Below, piece after piece: positions 46,758 through 58,300 of a stretch of 64,000 nucleotides of DNA. The DNA is taken from the IMG/VR virus record IMGVR_UViG_3300024346_000011. One strand, given 5' to 3'. Position 1 is the first letter of the stretch. Each line of letters opens with the position of its first letter. This DNA comes from a virus. Position numbers and translations under genes: made by a program. The notes under the pieces are model-generated. The model was not told the DNA's origin, did not search any database, and saw only the letters and a list, made by a program, of their open reading frames with translations.

Positions 46758-46937
46758 TTAGTGTGAATGGTATCTTGAACCAGATTCGTCAATCCAGCCT
46801 TGACCTTCAGGTAATCTAGCTAAACCTGCTCGACGTAAGATGTCTAACATTTCAGCCTCTTCCATACGGCCCTGAGAAACCATGTGCTCTAGAGCAGCTT
46901 TCAAATCTAATAATATTGCAGAACTTATAATATTCAT
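46758..46937 (-). CDS. Small hypothetical late protein (59 aa)
   Basis: Start moved to ATG 46937, 4 nt after GATATATA (46942..46949). Confidence 0.55.
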   Translation of the reverse strand: MNIISSAILLDLKAALEHMVSQGRMEEAEMLDILRRAGLARLPEGQGWIDESGSRYHSH

Positions 46938-47006
46938 ATAGTATATATCTAATTTTTTTGTATTGTTTCGAAACTTTTTACCCAAACATTAATATAAGTT
47001 ATGGTT

Positions 47007-47669
47007 TTAAGCTTGAGGTTGAAAGGTAGCTTGGAGGTATGCATTTAAGAAGTAAGCATCCACTAAGTCGTCAAACGGTTTTGGAATCTTTTGGGTCTCT
47101 CCGATTTCTCCCAAACAAAATTGATAGGTTTCAGACTTTGCAAGGTTTTGGTCATTATTAATATTAGAAAGAAAAACTTTCCATAAGTCTCCCTTATTCA
47201 TGTTGCCTTTACCAGCATGCTTCTTAATAGTTGAAGGCGCGACAGTTTCAATAAACTTAACTTGGAAATATTCTAGGATCTTGAGTTTTAAGATTGCAGC
47301 ACCAGCTGCCATATCAATAATGTTATTAGTTCCTTGCTTAGAGCCAAAGCTCGTGCCTTCAAATGCAAAAGTAACATCTTCATCTCTTGGAATAACCTCT
47401 TCAATCATCTCAAGAATATCGTTAGCGGTAATTAAGTATCTTTGGATTTTGGCAAACTCAACTGAAGAGTATTCACCATTATTAGAGAAATCCGGTTGGG
47501 ATTTATAGATGGAATCTTTAAGCGCCGCAAAGTCTTCTTGGATTTTTTGTTCCTTCTTAGTTCCAGTGCCAGCTTTTAAATAAGAAATAAAGGTATACTC
47601 TTCAGTGTTTGAATTGAAAGTACAAATACCTGGAGAGTTTAATGAAAAGTCAATTGCAACAAAGTGCAT
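47007..47669 (-). CDS. RuvC-like Holliday junction resolvase
   Basis: VAIDFSLNSPG, FAFEG, VAPSTIKKHAGKGN..K, DDLVDAYF; start ATG 47669. Confidence 0.8.
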   Translation of the reverse strand: MHFVAIDFSLNSPGICTFNSNTEEYTFISYLKAGTGTKKEQKIQEDFAALKDSIYKSQPDFSNNGEYSSVEFAKIQRYLITANDILEMIEEVIPRDEDVTFAFEGTSFGSKQGTNNIIDMAAGAAILKLKILEYFQVKFIETVAPSTIKKHAGKGNMNKGDLWKVFLSNINNDQNLAKSETYQFCLGEIGETQKIPKPFDDLVDAYFLNAYLQATFQPQA

Positions 47670-47670
47670 A

Positions 47671-48039
47671 TTAGAATTTATTACCGACTGCAGCACCTAA
47701 AGCAGCGCCAACCAGTCTTGAAGTTAACATATCGTAAATAATGCCTTTCTCTACGCCAAGGACTTTAGCAACCATTTTACCTAAAGATTTGCCAAGGGCA
47801 AAACCAGTTAAACCACCTAAGATAGAACCAAAAAGACCTTCATTTGTCATTTCCTCATTAAGTCTATCTAAATCATAAGAACCATCCTCATTCTGGTATT
47901 CAGCAATAAAAGCATCAATTGCTGCATCTACCTTAGCTTCTAATTCTTCATTCCATTCAGATTGAAGTGACTCTTGAAGGATCTGTAATTCTTCAGAAGT
48001 AACATCCTGTTCTTGCATGTAGTCTAAAAATGTTTTCAT
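47671..48039 (-). CDS. Putative virion protein with a glycine-zipper hydrophobic C-terminus
   Basis: MKTFLDYMQE; acidic N-half; TNE then GLFGSILGGLTGFALG...GAALGAAVG; GATATATA 4 nt upstream (48044..48051). Confidence 0.55.
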   Translation of the reverse strand: MKTFLDYMQEQDVTSEELQILQESLQSEWNEELEAKVDAAIDAFIAEYQNEDGSYDLDRLNEEMTNEGLFGSILGGLTGFALGKSLGKMVAKVLGVEKGIIYDMLTSRLVGAALGAAVGNKF

Positions 48040-48051
48040 AAAGTATATATC

Positions 48052-48603
48052 TTAATCTATTTCGAGCTTGATATTAAATTTGTTATAATAGAATGTAAGC
48101 TGAAACGTAGTAAATTCCGCAATGTTAGTACTCATATTTAATTCAAGTTCAGAAATTGAGTTCATAATTGGCTTTTCAAAAACCGCACTCATTACATGAA
48201 TACCTTCACCATCAAGGATTTGTAATTTAAGATCATCAATAAACGGCTCTCTTTTAGATTTTGAATAATAATATAGGAGAGTGTCTTGCATAATCCAATA
48301 GTTAATGTAGCCATCTAAGAGTTGCATTTCAACCGTAAATTGTCTCTCAATAGTATTCTGGATTGGAATGGAACCTCTATGATATGTTGTTGTTCCGTCA
48401 TTAGGTGATTGAGAGATTGGATCAAAAGAAATACCTGGCATTGCAATACCTTGAATTGCGTAATTGATAAAGTCAATTGGCTCAGTCATTAAATTACCTG
48501 GCATTCTATTCAAATACTTACGATACTTATCAGCAACTTCCTTCGGAATAAAATTACGAGGAAACTTAAAGTTGAATAAATTATTTCTACTATTTAGTAT
48601 CAT
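48052..48603 (-). CDS. Tail tube-like / tail completion protein (gp19/gp3 fold)
   Basis: 183 aa; IQGIAMPGISF, FTVEM.L...YINY, LQILD..G, F..P..ISEL, TF.LTF.Y pattern. Confidence 0.55.
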   Translation of the reverse strand: MILNSRNNLFNFKFPRNFIPKEVADKYRKYLNRMPGNLMTEPIDFINYAIQGIAMPGISFDPISQSPNDGTTTYHRGSIPIQNTIERQFTVEMQLLDGYINYWIMQDTLLYYYSKSKREPFIDDLKLQILDGEGIHVMSAVFEKPIMNSISELELNMSTNIAEFTTFQLTFYYNKFNIKLEID

Positions 48604-50660
48604 TAGATAATCTTAACTTTTCCGTGGTATAATAGTGATTCAGTTTGTCCATTCTTTAAATTAATATAGAATGTATCTGCAAATTGGTTTGTATCTGCCT
48701 GATCAAATCTAACCGCTGTTGACTTTGGAACTTTAAAGAATACTTGACCTTTACCTAAATCAACATCTGGGAAAGTTGGATTATGGTGGATCTGTTGTTC
48801 AATATTTCCACTCTTAATAATTAAAATAATGTCCTCAGCATTAACTAAACTGATTGATTCCAAATTATCACCTTTAGGTCTAGCGATTGAGAACTTAATA
48901 AAGTTATCTGAAACTTTAGAAAGTGTAATTTCACAATTACCTTCAGACGCATATTTAATTTCACTGTTTGCTTCTGCTTCAGCGGCTTGTAATGTAATAT
49001 TAGTTGCACCAGCTACGATACCATAAGTATCCATTGCAACTGGTACATATTTAGTTTCGCCAATTGAAGGTCTGATAGAGTTTACAAACCCATTAACCTC
49101 TCTATTAACTTGTGTGTTCGGTAATTTATTATAGATAATTGGAGATGCATCATTTGATTTTAAGGTAATCTTTTGCATCTTCTTACCATATTTCTTAGGT
49201 TGAGTATAAATTAATGAAGCAACCTTTAAGATTTGTGTATTGTCAGTTTGATTATAAATACGCATTGCAACTCTAATTAAGAAAGAAGAGCAGAATGCTG
49301 CATTTTTAATAATTGGACGATATAACATAGTTTGATCGAATTGATCAACCTGAACCATTGTAGTTTGATATGTTGAAACATAGTTCATACCTAATTGTTC
49401 GCTCACATCAATATCATAATATACAATTATATCATCGCCGGATTCTTGCATTCTATTTAGAATGTATTGTTCAAACCCGTTTTGTGATCCATCTTTCTCT
49501 CCCCAAATTTCAAAGAAATCACCATCAGCCGCTTCTTGAAGATTGACAGTAATATCTGCAAACTCATCTTCTTGTGCTAGAGTTAATTTACGCTCATCTG
49601 CAATTTCAATATATTGAATGCCATTAATATCTTTAGTAACACCAATTGTTCCTAAAATAATTTCATAGTTAGCAGATGAAATAATTGGATCTAGATCAAA
49701 GAATGTAGTTGCAAATTCTTCATTCTTTGTTGCATCGCTCATATGAATTAACGATGGAACCTTAACCTCAATGTATTTAGAGAAAGCACTATCTGCTAAT
49801 ACAAATGGTTTAGGGTTTTGAATTTCGTATGATGAAGTATTTAAATATACAATTGAAGTAAAGTAACCATAAGTACCATTACTTCTTTTAACTTTAACTT
49901 GAAAATGAAAACCATCTAAACCTCTACCAGCAAATGAATAACCTGTTCTTAAGTGTAAGCGAATTGTATCATAGTACACGTGTTGAACATCATTAACCGG
50001 AACCACTGTTAATCCATTAGAATCTGTTCCAGCCCACTCAGATGAATCTAAATAATTCAATGAGTTATTTAAAAGAGCCCATACAGAATTATTAGCAGTA
50101 GGAACCGCATAGTATCTACCACCTTCTCCTGGCGCTGTCTTAATATTATTACCAGTTTCCTGTTCTGATTTTGACCATAAAGAATTTGCTCTATCACCAA
50201 CTTGAATATTACCACCTACAAAATCAACACCTGTAGAATTTACATATTGATATTTATAAGTTCCATTAGTATTAGGTGTATATGTTAAAACAGTTCCAGA
50301 TACTTGATAGCTACCTCCAGAAATTGTAAAACCAGAAATATTATTAATTGAAACATCAGAAAGGTCAAACTTATAAGTTAATCCATTCTTTAATACTAAT
50401 TCGCGACTAGCAAAATTATTAATGTATACAAAGCCATTAGCAACTTTAACTTCAAAGTTTACTACATCAGCACCAAGTTCATGAATTAAGAATCTAGATG
50501 CGCTAGTATCGCCATCAACTGTATCTAAATATTTCAGTTGAGAGCCATTATCATCATTCTCAATTTTAGCATTATCTACAACCGCAACATCTTGGTCATG
50601 GTAGATAAATTCTAATAGAATGTCTTCGTCTATTCTTGCAAATTTTGATGATTGCGCCAT
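48603..50660 (-). CDS. Structural protein (tail/baseplate region)
   Basis: 685 aa, beta-rich, within the tail gene cluster. Confidence 0.55.
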   Translation of the reverse strand: MAQSSKFARIDEDILLEFIYHDQDVAVVDNAKIENDDNGSQLKYLDTVDGDTSASRFLIHELGADVVNFEVKVANGFVYINNFASRELVLKNGLTYKFDLSDVSINNISGFTISGGSYQVSGTVLTYTPNTNGTYKYQYVNSTGVDFVGGNIQVGDRANSLWSKSEQETGNNIKTAPGEGGRYYAVPTANNSVWALLNNSLNYLDSSEWAGTDSNGLTVVPVNDVQHVYYDTIRLHLRTGYSFAGRGLDGFHFQVKVKRSNGTYGYFTSIVYLNTSSYEIQNPKPFVLADSAFSKYIEVKVPSLIHMSDATKNEEFATTFFDLDPIISSANYEIILGTIGVTKDINGIQYIEIADERKLTLAQEDEFADITVNLQEAADGDFFEIWGEKDGSQNGFEQYILNRMQESGDDIIVYYDIDVSEQLGMNYVSTYQTTMVQVDQFDQTMLYRPIIKNAAFCSSFLIRVAMRIYNQTDNTQILKVASLIYTQPKKYGKKMQKITLKSNDASPIIYNKLPNTQVNREVNGFVNSIRPSIGETKYVPVAMDTYGIVAGATNITLQAAEAEANSEIKYASEGNCEITLSKVSDNFIKFSIARPKGDNLESISLVNAEDIILIIKSGNIEQQIHHNPTFPDVDLGKGQVFFKVPKSTAVRFDQADTNQFADTFYINLKNGQTESLLYHGKVKII

Positions 50661-50676
50661 TCTTAATTTTTATATT

Positions 50677-51486
50677 TTAAAATCTTAACCATTTTGGTGA
50701 ATAGATCATTCCAATTCCAATTGAAGGTCCAAAACTAACAACCTGTTGGTTATTTAAATTGATGCCATATCCAACTCCTAATCCAATTGACCAACCACTT
50801 TTCTTAACTGTTGATCTATTTAATTTGTCATTCACAATATTAATATTCTCAATATTTGTAAATGTTAAATTTGGGTAAGGAGAACTGATCTTTAGTTGAT
50901 CTTTTCCATCAACATTTAAAATAGCCATTGTTAAACTAACACCTTGATCCATTTCAAATATTGATCTTTTTACCAAAAATAGAGAATCTTGAGGGTACAA
51001 AACTAATTGACCTTTAAAGTTTCTCCAATTATATTTATCCCACTCTTTATTATCAGCTAAATCAATAATTATACTATCATTATTATATGTAACCATTGAA
51101 GCTGCAATAATAGAATCTTTAATTTCTAATTGCGCTGAAATAAGGTTATTAACCTGCTTAAACTTTTCATTTAATTTTAAAGCATCATTATATTTCTTTA
51201 ACAATTTAGAATTAGAAGTTTTCAAAGATTCAATATCATATTGATATGAAGAAATTGAAGCAACAAGATCTCCATTGATATTTTTTTCTAATTTAATACT
51301 ATCTTGAGAAGCTAAATAATTATTAAAATTACGGTTAGCGACCTGTTCTGCATCTGCAACATCTTGCTTTAAATTTTCAATACGATTACATTGATTCAAT
51401 AGTAATAAAACAAGAATAATACCAAGAGCAAAACCTATCACTCCTCTATTATTCTTATCTAATATGTAGTCTAAAAACTTTTTCAT
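50677..51486 (-). CDS. Membrane-anchored coiled-coil protein, spanin-like
   Basis: N-terminal TM GVIGFALGIILVLLLLNQC, coiled-coil, C-terminal amphipathic beta hairpin WSIGLGVGYG...PSIGIGMIY ending in F. Confidence 0.5.
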   Translation of the reverse strand: MKKFLDYILDKNNRGVIGFALGIILVLLLLNQCNRIENLKQDVADAEQVANRNFNNYLASQDSIKLEKNINGDLVASISSYQYDIESLKTSNSKLLKKYNDALKLNEKFKQVNNLISAQLEIKDSIIAASMVTYNNDSIIIDLADNKEWDKYNWRNFKGQLVLYPQDSLFLVKRSIFEMDQGVSLTMAILNVDGKDQLKISSPYPNLTFTNIENINIVNDKLNRSTVKKSGWSIGLGVGYGINLNNQQVVSFGPSIGIGMIYSPKWLRF

Positions 51487-51492
51487 AATTTA

Positions 51493-53736
51493 TTATATCC
51501 AATCAGTATAATCGTGGTCGTTACCACCAGTATTTGATGTATTATTAAGTTCTGCAATTACAACCTTTACGTGTAACCAGTTGTATGATTGAGAAGGTGA
51601 ACTTAAAATAGATGATTTAGAATTTGCTGTTTGTGCAGTTCCCCATGCTAAATATTGTCCTGGGTTTGCTATTGTATTAAAATATGGCTCTTGAGTTGAA
51701 TTACTGAAAGCATAGAATACATGATATCTCATTGTAGTACTATTAAATCCAGTACCTGTCCATTGTGCTGATGCATCTACTTGTGTAGTCCACGGATCAG
51801 TACCGTAAGGAATACCGCTAACATAAGTCATTGTAACTGCAGTAGAACTTAAATCTAATTGAAGATTACATGTAAATGAAACAGAGAAATATGTAGAAGT
51901 TCTAGCAAATGAATCAACCCATAAATTAGCTGTCCACGTTTTATTGCTATTAGTAAATACGCCATTATTTAATGTGTATCCTGTTGGTGCAACCACTGGG
52001 TTTGTAGTTTTAAATGTTTTACCAGTTGGCGCATTAAATACAACTTGACCTAAGTATGTTGATTCACCATTATTACCAGTTTTATCAGTAAGCTGAGATG
52101 GTGTAACAGTTGCACTATTGTTAATATTTAAAACGTATGTTGCTTTATTAAGAGCTAAATAACCAGCGGCTTGGAATCCAGTTGCATTATATGTAAATTG
52201 ATATGTATTACCATTAAATGTTTGGTCCATATACATATTTAATTTTTGACCATTCGATGGATTAATTGCAGGTGGTGGACCAGTACTAATATTTGGTTGT
52301 GATGTTCCATTTGGATCTGTAAATTGATTAGCAGCTGGTGCAATTGCCCAATAAAAATTATTAGGTGCGTTTAATTGAATTAAACCACTAGTTCCAGGTT
52401 CAATAGTACTCGATCCGTCATATCCACTAATTGTAAATGTTTGGGTTGTTGAAGAACTTGTTTCAACAAAATTATATGTATTTGTTACTAATGGGGTTTG
52501 ACCCGCCCCGGCGTCTGACCAATATAAATCAGATGCACCTAAATAGATAATTTGGGGTAATCTCTTAAGAACCAATGTAACACCAGAAGTACTCTGCTGT
52601 AAATAATCTGTAGTTGTAGTAACGTTACCGGTTACTGTATAAGATCCTGTTGAATATGTTGCTGTTAAATCAACATCAGCACCACCAATAATATGTAAAT
52701 TATCATTAGTTTGAACTGCATCTCCTTGACCAGAAGATGAATCGCTATTGTCTTCAATATCATAAGAGAATGAAGAAAGATCTGGAACCTCATAAGATTC
52801 TGTTCCATTAGTCCATTCTTGTCCATTACAAACATACCAACCTGCATAATCTCCAATACCTGCTCCAATTCTAACTTTTAATACTTCAGAACCTGAAGCA
52901 AGAGTAACTGTTTCAGTATTGATAAACATATTGTTATCTGTAAAAATTTCAGGTAACATTGAAATTATAGTTCCAATTGGAATAGCACTTCCAATTTCTT
53001 GGAAAGTTTTCCACTCAACCTCACCTGTAGTATCTTTAGCAACTGCAATTTTATCAGTGTCTGGGCTATTAGATTCAACTACTAATTTACCTTTAACCGT
53101 AAGATCTTCATTATAAATAGCATTAACTCTAACGTCTAATGCTAAATTATCTAAATCAAATAATGAACTACCATTTAAATCAGTAAAGCTAAATTTATCA
53201 GAATTGAATTTCATTAAATTGCCTAAACCAATCGAGTAATCCTTAAAATAAATGTCTAAATTACCAGTAGATTCAAGTTTAAAATGAACTTCTGTATTTA
53301 CAGAATCTGAAGATAATTTAAAGTTAGAAACTGGAGAACCAGAAGGTCTATTAATAACAAATTGTGATTCTAGATTAGCCAAACCAGCCTGATATTCAGG
53401 GGTTTGAGAACCAAAACCAATTAAAACGGCTGGTGGTAAATCACCAACTGTATGTGATGGGATCAAGGTATCAATTGTACCTGTTTGATCACCACCAACT
53501 AAAAACCAATATTCACCGCCTGGATCACCAACCGGTCCTTGAGTACCTTGAGTACCTTGAGTACCAATAACACCTTGAGGACCTTGTGTTCCTTGAAAAC
53601 CTTGTAGACCTGCAGTACCTTGAGGTCCTTGTGGTCCACCTCCATTCGCAACTAATTGGTCAAAATTATAATTAACTTTGTCCAATTTAATCTGATCTGA
53701 ATCAGCTACGAATATCTGTTTTAAGTTTAAGGCCAT
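51493..53736 (-). CDS. Tail fibre protein with collagen-like repeats and a tail-collar domain
   Basis: About 13 G-x-Q triplets; IPIGTII...GWYVCNG...VPDL collar motif; T/N/S-rich beta C-terminus. Confidence 0.72.
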   Translation of the reverse strand: MALNLKQIFVADSDQIKLDKVNYNFDQLVANGGGPQGPQGTAGLQGFQGTQGPQGVIGTQGTQGTQGPVGDPGGEYWFLVGGDQTGTIDTLIPSHTVGDLPPAVLIGFGSQTPEYQAGLANLESQFVINRPSGSPVSNFKLSSDSVNTEVHFKLESTGNLDIYFKDYSIGLGNLMKFNSDKFSFTDLNGSSLFDLDNLALDVRVNAIYNEDLTVKGKLVVESNSPDTDKIAVAKDTTGEVEWKTFQEIGSAIPIGTIISMLPEIFTDNNMFINTETVTLASGSEVLKVRIGAGIGDYAGWYVCNGQEWTNGTESYEVPDLSSFSYDIEDNSDSSSGQGDAVQTNDNLHIIGGADVDLTATYSTGSYTVTGNVTTTTDYLQQSTSGVTLVLKRLPQIIYLGASDLYWSDAGAGQTPLVTNTYNFVETSSSTTQTFTISGYDGSSTIEPGTSGLIQLNAPNNFYWAIAPAANQFTDPNGTSQPNISTGPPPAINPSNGQKLNMYMDQTFNGNTYQFTYNATGFQAAGYLALNKATYVLNINNSATVTPSQLTDKTGNNGESTYLGQVVFNAPTGKTFKTTNPVVAPTGYTLNNGVFTNSNKTWTANLWVDSFARTSTYFSVSFTCNLQLDLSSTAVTMTYVSGIPYGTDPWTTQVDASAQWTGTGFNSTTMRYHVFYAFSNSTQEPYFNTIANPGQYLAWGTAQTANSKSSILSSPSQSYNWLHVKVVIAELNNTSNTGGNDHDYTDWI

Positions 53737-53771
53737 GATATATCTATTTTATCTATATATTTATTTTATTT

Positions 53772-55316
53772 TTATAACACTCCACCTTCACCTGTGCCTC
53801 CTCCAGTACTAGGAGCTGGACTTGGGGTTGGGCTCGGAGTCGGAGTTGGGCTAGGAGCCGGGCTCGGAGTCGGAGTTGGGCTCGGAGTTGGGCTAGGAGT
53901 TGGAGTTGGGCTAGGAGTTGGACTTGGACTCGGGCTAGTAATTGGAGTTTTATTAGCTGGAGTACTTCCAACTGGTGATGGTGATGGAGAACCCTGTGGT
54001 GAAAGACCAAGTTGAGATTCACCTGAATTACTCCATGTTAAATCATCAGCACCTAAATATACAATATGTACATTTCTAGATCTATAATAATCTGCACCAC
54101 TCGAAGATCCTTGATATAATAAGCTAACATTTACATCAGCGTCTGTTAAAGTTAAATAAGTATCATATTCATTATTACCACTATATAAACCATCTGTATG
54201 TACTTTAGCTCCAGTTAAAATAATAATATCATTGCTACCGCCAGAAACAGCTGCTTGGCCGTTACCATTGTTTGCATCAATTTGATATGTAAATGCATTT
54301 AAATTAGGAACTTCATAAGAAACTGACTCATTTTCCCAAGTCATACCATTACATAGATACCATCCAATAAAATTACCAGTTTCTTTACCTCTGCCATATT
54401 TAACATATAATTGTCCTTGGTTAGAAATAACTGAAGATAAAACCTCTCCTAAATAAAAATTGTCAGTATTAAAGAATGAAACAGGAATAGAAACAATACT
54501 ACCAATTGGCATATTATCAAAAACTTGTATCTTACTCTTCCACGAAACATTACCATTTGAATCGTCAGCCGCTAAAATATATCCCTGTTGTGCACCATTT
54601 TCATATTTAAGTTTGCCAACAACATTGACATCTTGGCGCATTGTTGAATCCACTTTAGATTCAAACACTGAATTGACGTCTAAATAATTTTCTAATTTAT
54701 TATAACTATTAAACTTGTATTCAGCCGCCTTTAAATTTAATTTTTGATCTGAATAAATCTCAAATATATCATCAACACCATCTGTATACAAATCTAATAT
54801 TGCTCGATTGTTATTATCACCATTTAATAATTCAATATTATTCCATTGTGAATCTGGAGTATAAAAGTTCAATACGGTATCTGCATAATCTAATGGCGCA
54901 TTTGATGTATCAACGATATCACCTGAATCTAATTCTTGATCAGCGTCCGTGTCTGTCCAATTTGTAATAGTATCTGAAAATACAACTCTAACAACGTCAA
55001 CCTCTAAAGCAGGATCACCATTATATTTTGGCATCAAATATCTGATAGCCGCTTGATCCACTTTTCGCCAAGGTTCAATACCTTCCACGCCAGCAGCACC
55101 TTGAGAACCTTGATATCCTTGAGGTCCATCGTATCCAATGTCGCCAGCTTCACCATTAGATCCATTAGATCCATATTTACCTAGAGGCCCCTGTGGCCCA
55201 CCGAGTGTTAGCAATCCAAAATTGTAATTGATCTTATCAATTTTATCTTGAGACCACCAGGCAGTGCTATTTGGATCTAGGTCAGATGTGAATATATGTT
55301 TGACATTAATATCCAT
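53772..55316 (-). CDS. Paralogous tail fibre protein with collagen repeats, collar domain and Pro-Ser/Thr tail
   Basis: DKINYNF..L..GGPQGP and MPIGSIV...GWYLCNG...VPNL shared with 51493..53736. Confidence 0.72.
   Translation of the reverse strand: MDINVKHIFTSDLDPNSTAWWSQDKIDKINYNFGLLTLGGPQGPLGKYGSNGSNGEAGDIGYDGPQGYQGSQGAAGVEGIEPWRKVDQAAIRYLMPKYNGDPALEVDVVRVVFSDTITNWTDTDADQELDSGDIVDTSNAPLDYADTVLNFYTPDSQWNNIELLNGDNNNRAILDLYTDGVDDIFEIYSDQKLNLKAAEYKFNSYNKLENYLDVNSVFESKVDSTMRQDVNVVGKLKYENGAQQGYILAADDSNGNVSWKSKIQVFDNMPIGSIVSIPVSFFNTDNFYLGEVLSSVISNQGQLYVKYGRGKETGNFIGWYLCNGMTWENESVSYEVPNLNAFTYQIDANNGNGQAAVSGGSNDIIILTGAKVHTDGLYSGNNEYDTYLTLTDADVNVSLLYQGSSSGADYYRSRNVHIVYLGADDLTWSNSGESQLGLSPQGSPSPSPVGSTPANKTPITSPSPSPTPSPTPTPSPTPSPTPTPSPAPSPTPTPSPTPSPAPSTGGGTGEGGVL
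53806..53940 (-). repeat. Low-complexity 6/12-nt repeat encoding P(S/T/A)n
   Basis: [43 protein letters not shown]. Confidence 0.9.
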
Positions 55317-58300
55317 TATGCTTGAATTTTGACGTGCACTTTAAGTGTGTGACCGTACCCGTATTTTTTATTGTATGTTAGTCTGAAACTCAAACCATCA
55401 TTTTGATAACTTTGAATTTCATAATTTGTTTGTGATGTAAAACCACCGTCTGATAATAATTTTGGATCTACAATTGATTCAAAGCCAGAAATACCAGCCT
55501 TAAATTCAGTTCCATAAATCTCAATATTATCAATGATAAATCTTGTGACAACATTGTTGTAAACATAAATCTCTAAATCATCTAAAATGCTAGTTTTATC
55601 ATCGTAAGAATATTGAGCTTCAACATACTTTCTAAACTTAGAAGTAATTCCATCTTCTAATAATTCGTTATAAATTGATTTAGGTAGATAAAAATCTGCA
55701 ACAATTTGTGTGTCTGTTTCAATCCAATGGATTGATGTCTTATTTAGCTTATTAACTCTAATTGCATCTAATGCATTTATATCTTTTTCTAATGTTGCAT
55801 TAAATGCAGTAATGCTATAAGTATCTTTTACTTTCATAACTGTTGAAGCCATAAAAGATTTTATTTCAACTGGCGTTAATGTACCATACGCATCTTCTGT
55901 TTTGCCAGTTGGCAAAGATCTTGTAAAATAGTTTTGATTATATTTAGATCTTAAAATATTTAAGTCTTTTTTATCAATTGCAATTTCTCCAATCTTCGGA
56001 TATAATGGTAGTTTATCAGATGTGTCTGATAACTTTAATAAATTCTTTGAATTAATGTCGTTAACTTTATGGAAATAATAATTTTTAATATAACCAAAAG
56101 ATTGATTAATATGTTTATAAGAATTAAATGCTACACCTAAATTATTTAATCTTGAATAAATCAATGATTCTCTAGAATCCACTTCGATTTGAGTAGATCC
56201 AATTAATGGAATATTACGTTTATGATTTGTATAAACATCTGTAAATGTAATAATATTATTAAATAATGGAGTGTAATCTCCATTCATTCTTCTAATAATA
56301 GTGTAATATCCGTCATCAGTTCTTTTTGTTAAAATAGAACCAACACTCGATTGGGATAATTGATATGCCTTTGGCTTTTCTGGATCTGATGTAACATCTA
56401 ATAGCGACGGTTTAATTAATTCAACACCATCTTCAACTTCTAAAATAAATCTATTTTGAAGCTGTTCACCTGTTTCAGTAATTGTTAAATATTGAATTGA
56501 GCCAAATTGATTAAATCTATCCGCAAAATTATTAGCAACAATTTCTTCTAATAAGAATTTGAATCCACTGGCTCCACCTCTCCAATAATAGAATTGAGTT
56601 TGTCTTGAAACAACTGAAGGATCATCTAGTGTTTCTGGTCCAATTTCTTCTATCTTCTCATTATTAGAATCAAAGACTAGTTTAATTGGCTTTGAATTTA
56701 CTTGAATCTGACTATCTCCGGTGACATTAACAACCTTCATTCCATATGTGACTCCTTGATAATCAAAATAGATCCATGAATATTCGCCAAGTTCATTTCT
56801 ATTAATAAACTCTGTGAATCTACCAGGACCAAATGAGAATACATTGATAATTTCAGATTCCCATTGAGAATTTTCATTACCTAAAAATAGTTTAAAAGGA
56901 AGTGCAGTATCAATTATATTATTGGTAATAACATTTCTAATATTATTTGTAGTGTATAAATCTTCTCTATCAAGGAATGATCTAGAATTTAATACAACAT
57001 CTAAATCTATAACAATACAAATAAATTTGAATTTGTCGTTCTTAATGGTTGTATATCTAACTCCGTTTTCTGTAATTGCATCACCAGTATTATAATTTAA
57101 TACAACACCAAATTTATAATCATTAACCTCAGAAGTATTAATAAATTCTGTTGGATTAGGTCTAGCAAATTCTTTACGCTTTTTATATGAGTATCTTAAT
57201 CCTCTAAATACAGTAGAAGCTTCTAACTCATTAGAGCCTCCAATAAAATTAGAGAACATATTCTTTTCATTTGAATCAACCCAAGCTTGTGTAAATTGGT
57301 TATAAATACCGTTGTTCTTAAAGTATAATTCAAAGTAGTTTACATCAGTTGACTTTAATTGGTCTAAACTAATGCCTTGAGTATAATTAAAATCTGTATA
57401 AGACTGTAAATTATCTAAAGTGTTATTTGTATAATAATGAAGTGGAATCTGGTTTAAATGAAAATGTTCCATATTTAGAGCATTCGCATTTCTACCAGTA
57501 ATATGTGTTAAATCTGGCGAAATATTATCTTCGCCAAATGCCTCACTAATATTTAATGAGTATGGAAGATTTCTAGCATTGAATCCATTCTTTAATGCAA
57601 ACTTCATAATGGTTGGAACCATTCTAGAAAGCAATGCAGTTTCTTTTAATTCATTTTCATTTAATCTATCATACTCAGAGTTGATAGCTGAAACAGAAGT
57701 AGAATCATCAATACTTTCTTCAACTAAAACGTCATATAAATTATTAAAATATGTTGAACCACCCTCTGTTAAAGATAATTCACCAATATCTGACATTCTT
57801 GTTGAATAAAAATCAAAGTCAAAATCTTTTAAATCGTATGCACTAAATTTACCAATTGTTGGTTTATATCTAACCCAAGTCTGAATACTTGTATCATTAG
57901 AAGCTTTAATTGGTTTGTCAAAAATAATTCTAAATTTAGTATCATCTAAAAGATCGCTTGTAATATCTACAATTTTTACATACTTACTAAGATCTTTTGA
58001 CTTGATATAATCGCCAATTTGTAATTTACCTTTTTCTTCTAATGTTACAAACTTAGCACCTCCGACTTCAGAACCACCTCTAGTGGTATAAGTTACCCAT
58101 TGATTAAATTGATTTGATAGCGTAACCTCTCTAGCAATATCAAAACTTACAAAGTTAATAAAGTTTTGGCTATGCGGAGCAACAACCATTCTTTTGCGAT
58201 TATTTCCAGCCGCATAATCTTTAATTACTAATGTATTATCTTTTGAATACGTTTGGTAGAAAGTAATTGCGTTGTGTAAGGCTAAAGTAACATCAACCAA

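Noticed and set aside
46969-46998. Plus-strand antisense promoter CGAAAC-N18-TATAAG facing the resolvase gene
   Set aside because: Wrong spacing and mismatches in both boxes compared with the seven consistent sites
51457-51486. MKKFLDYILD as another capsid-targeting tag
   Set aside because: Directly followed by a transmembrane segment and lacks the xNE site; more likely an ordinary membrane-protein N-region
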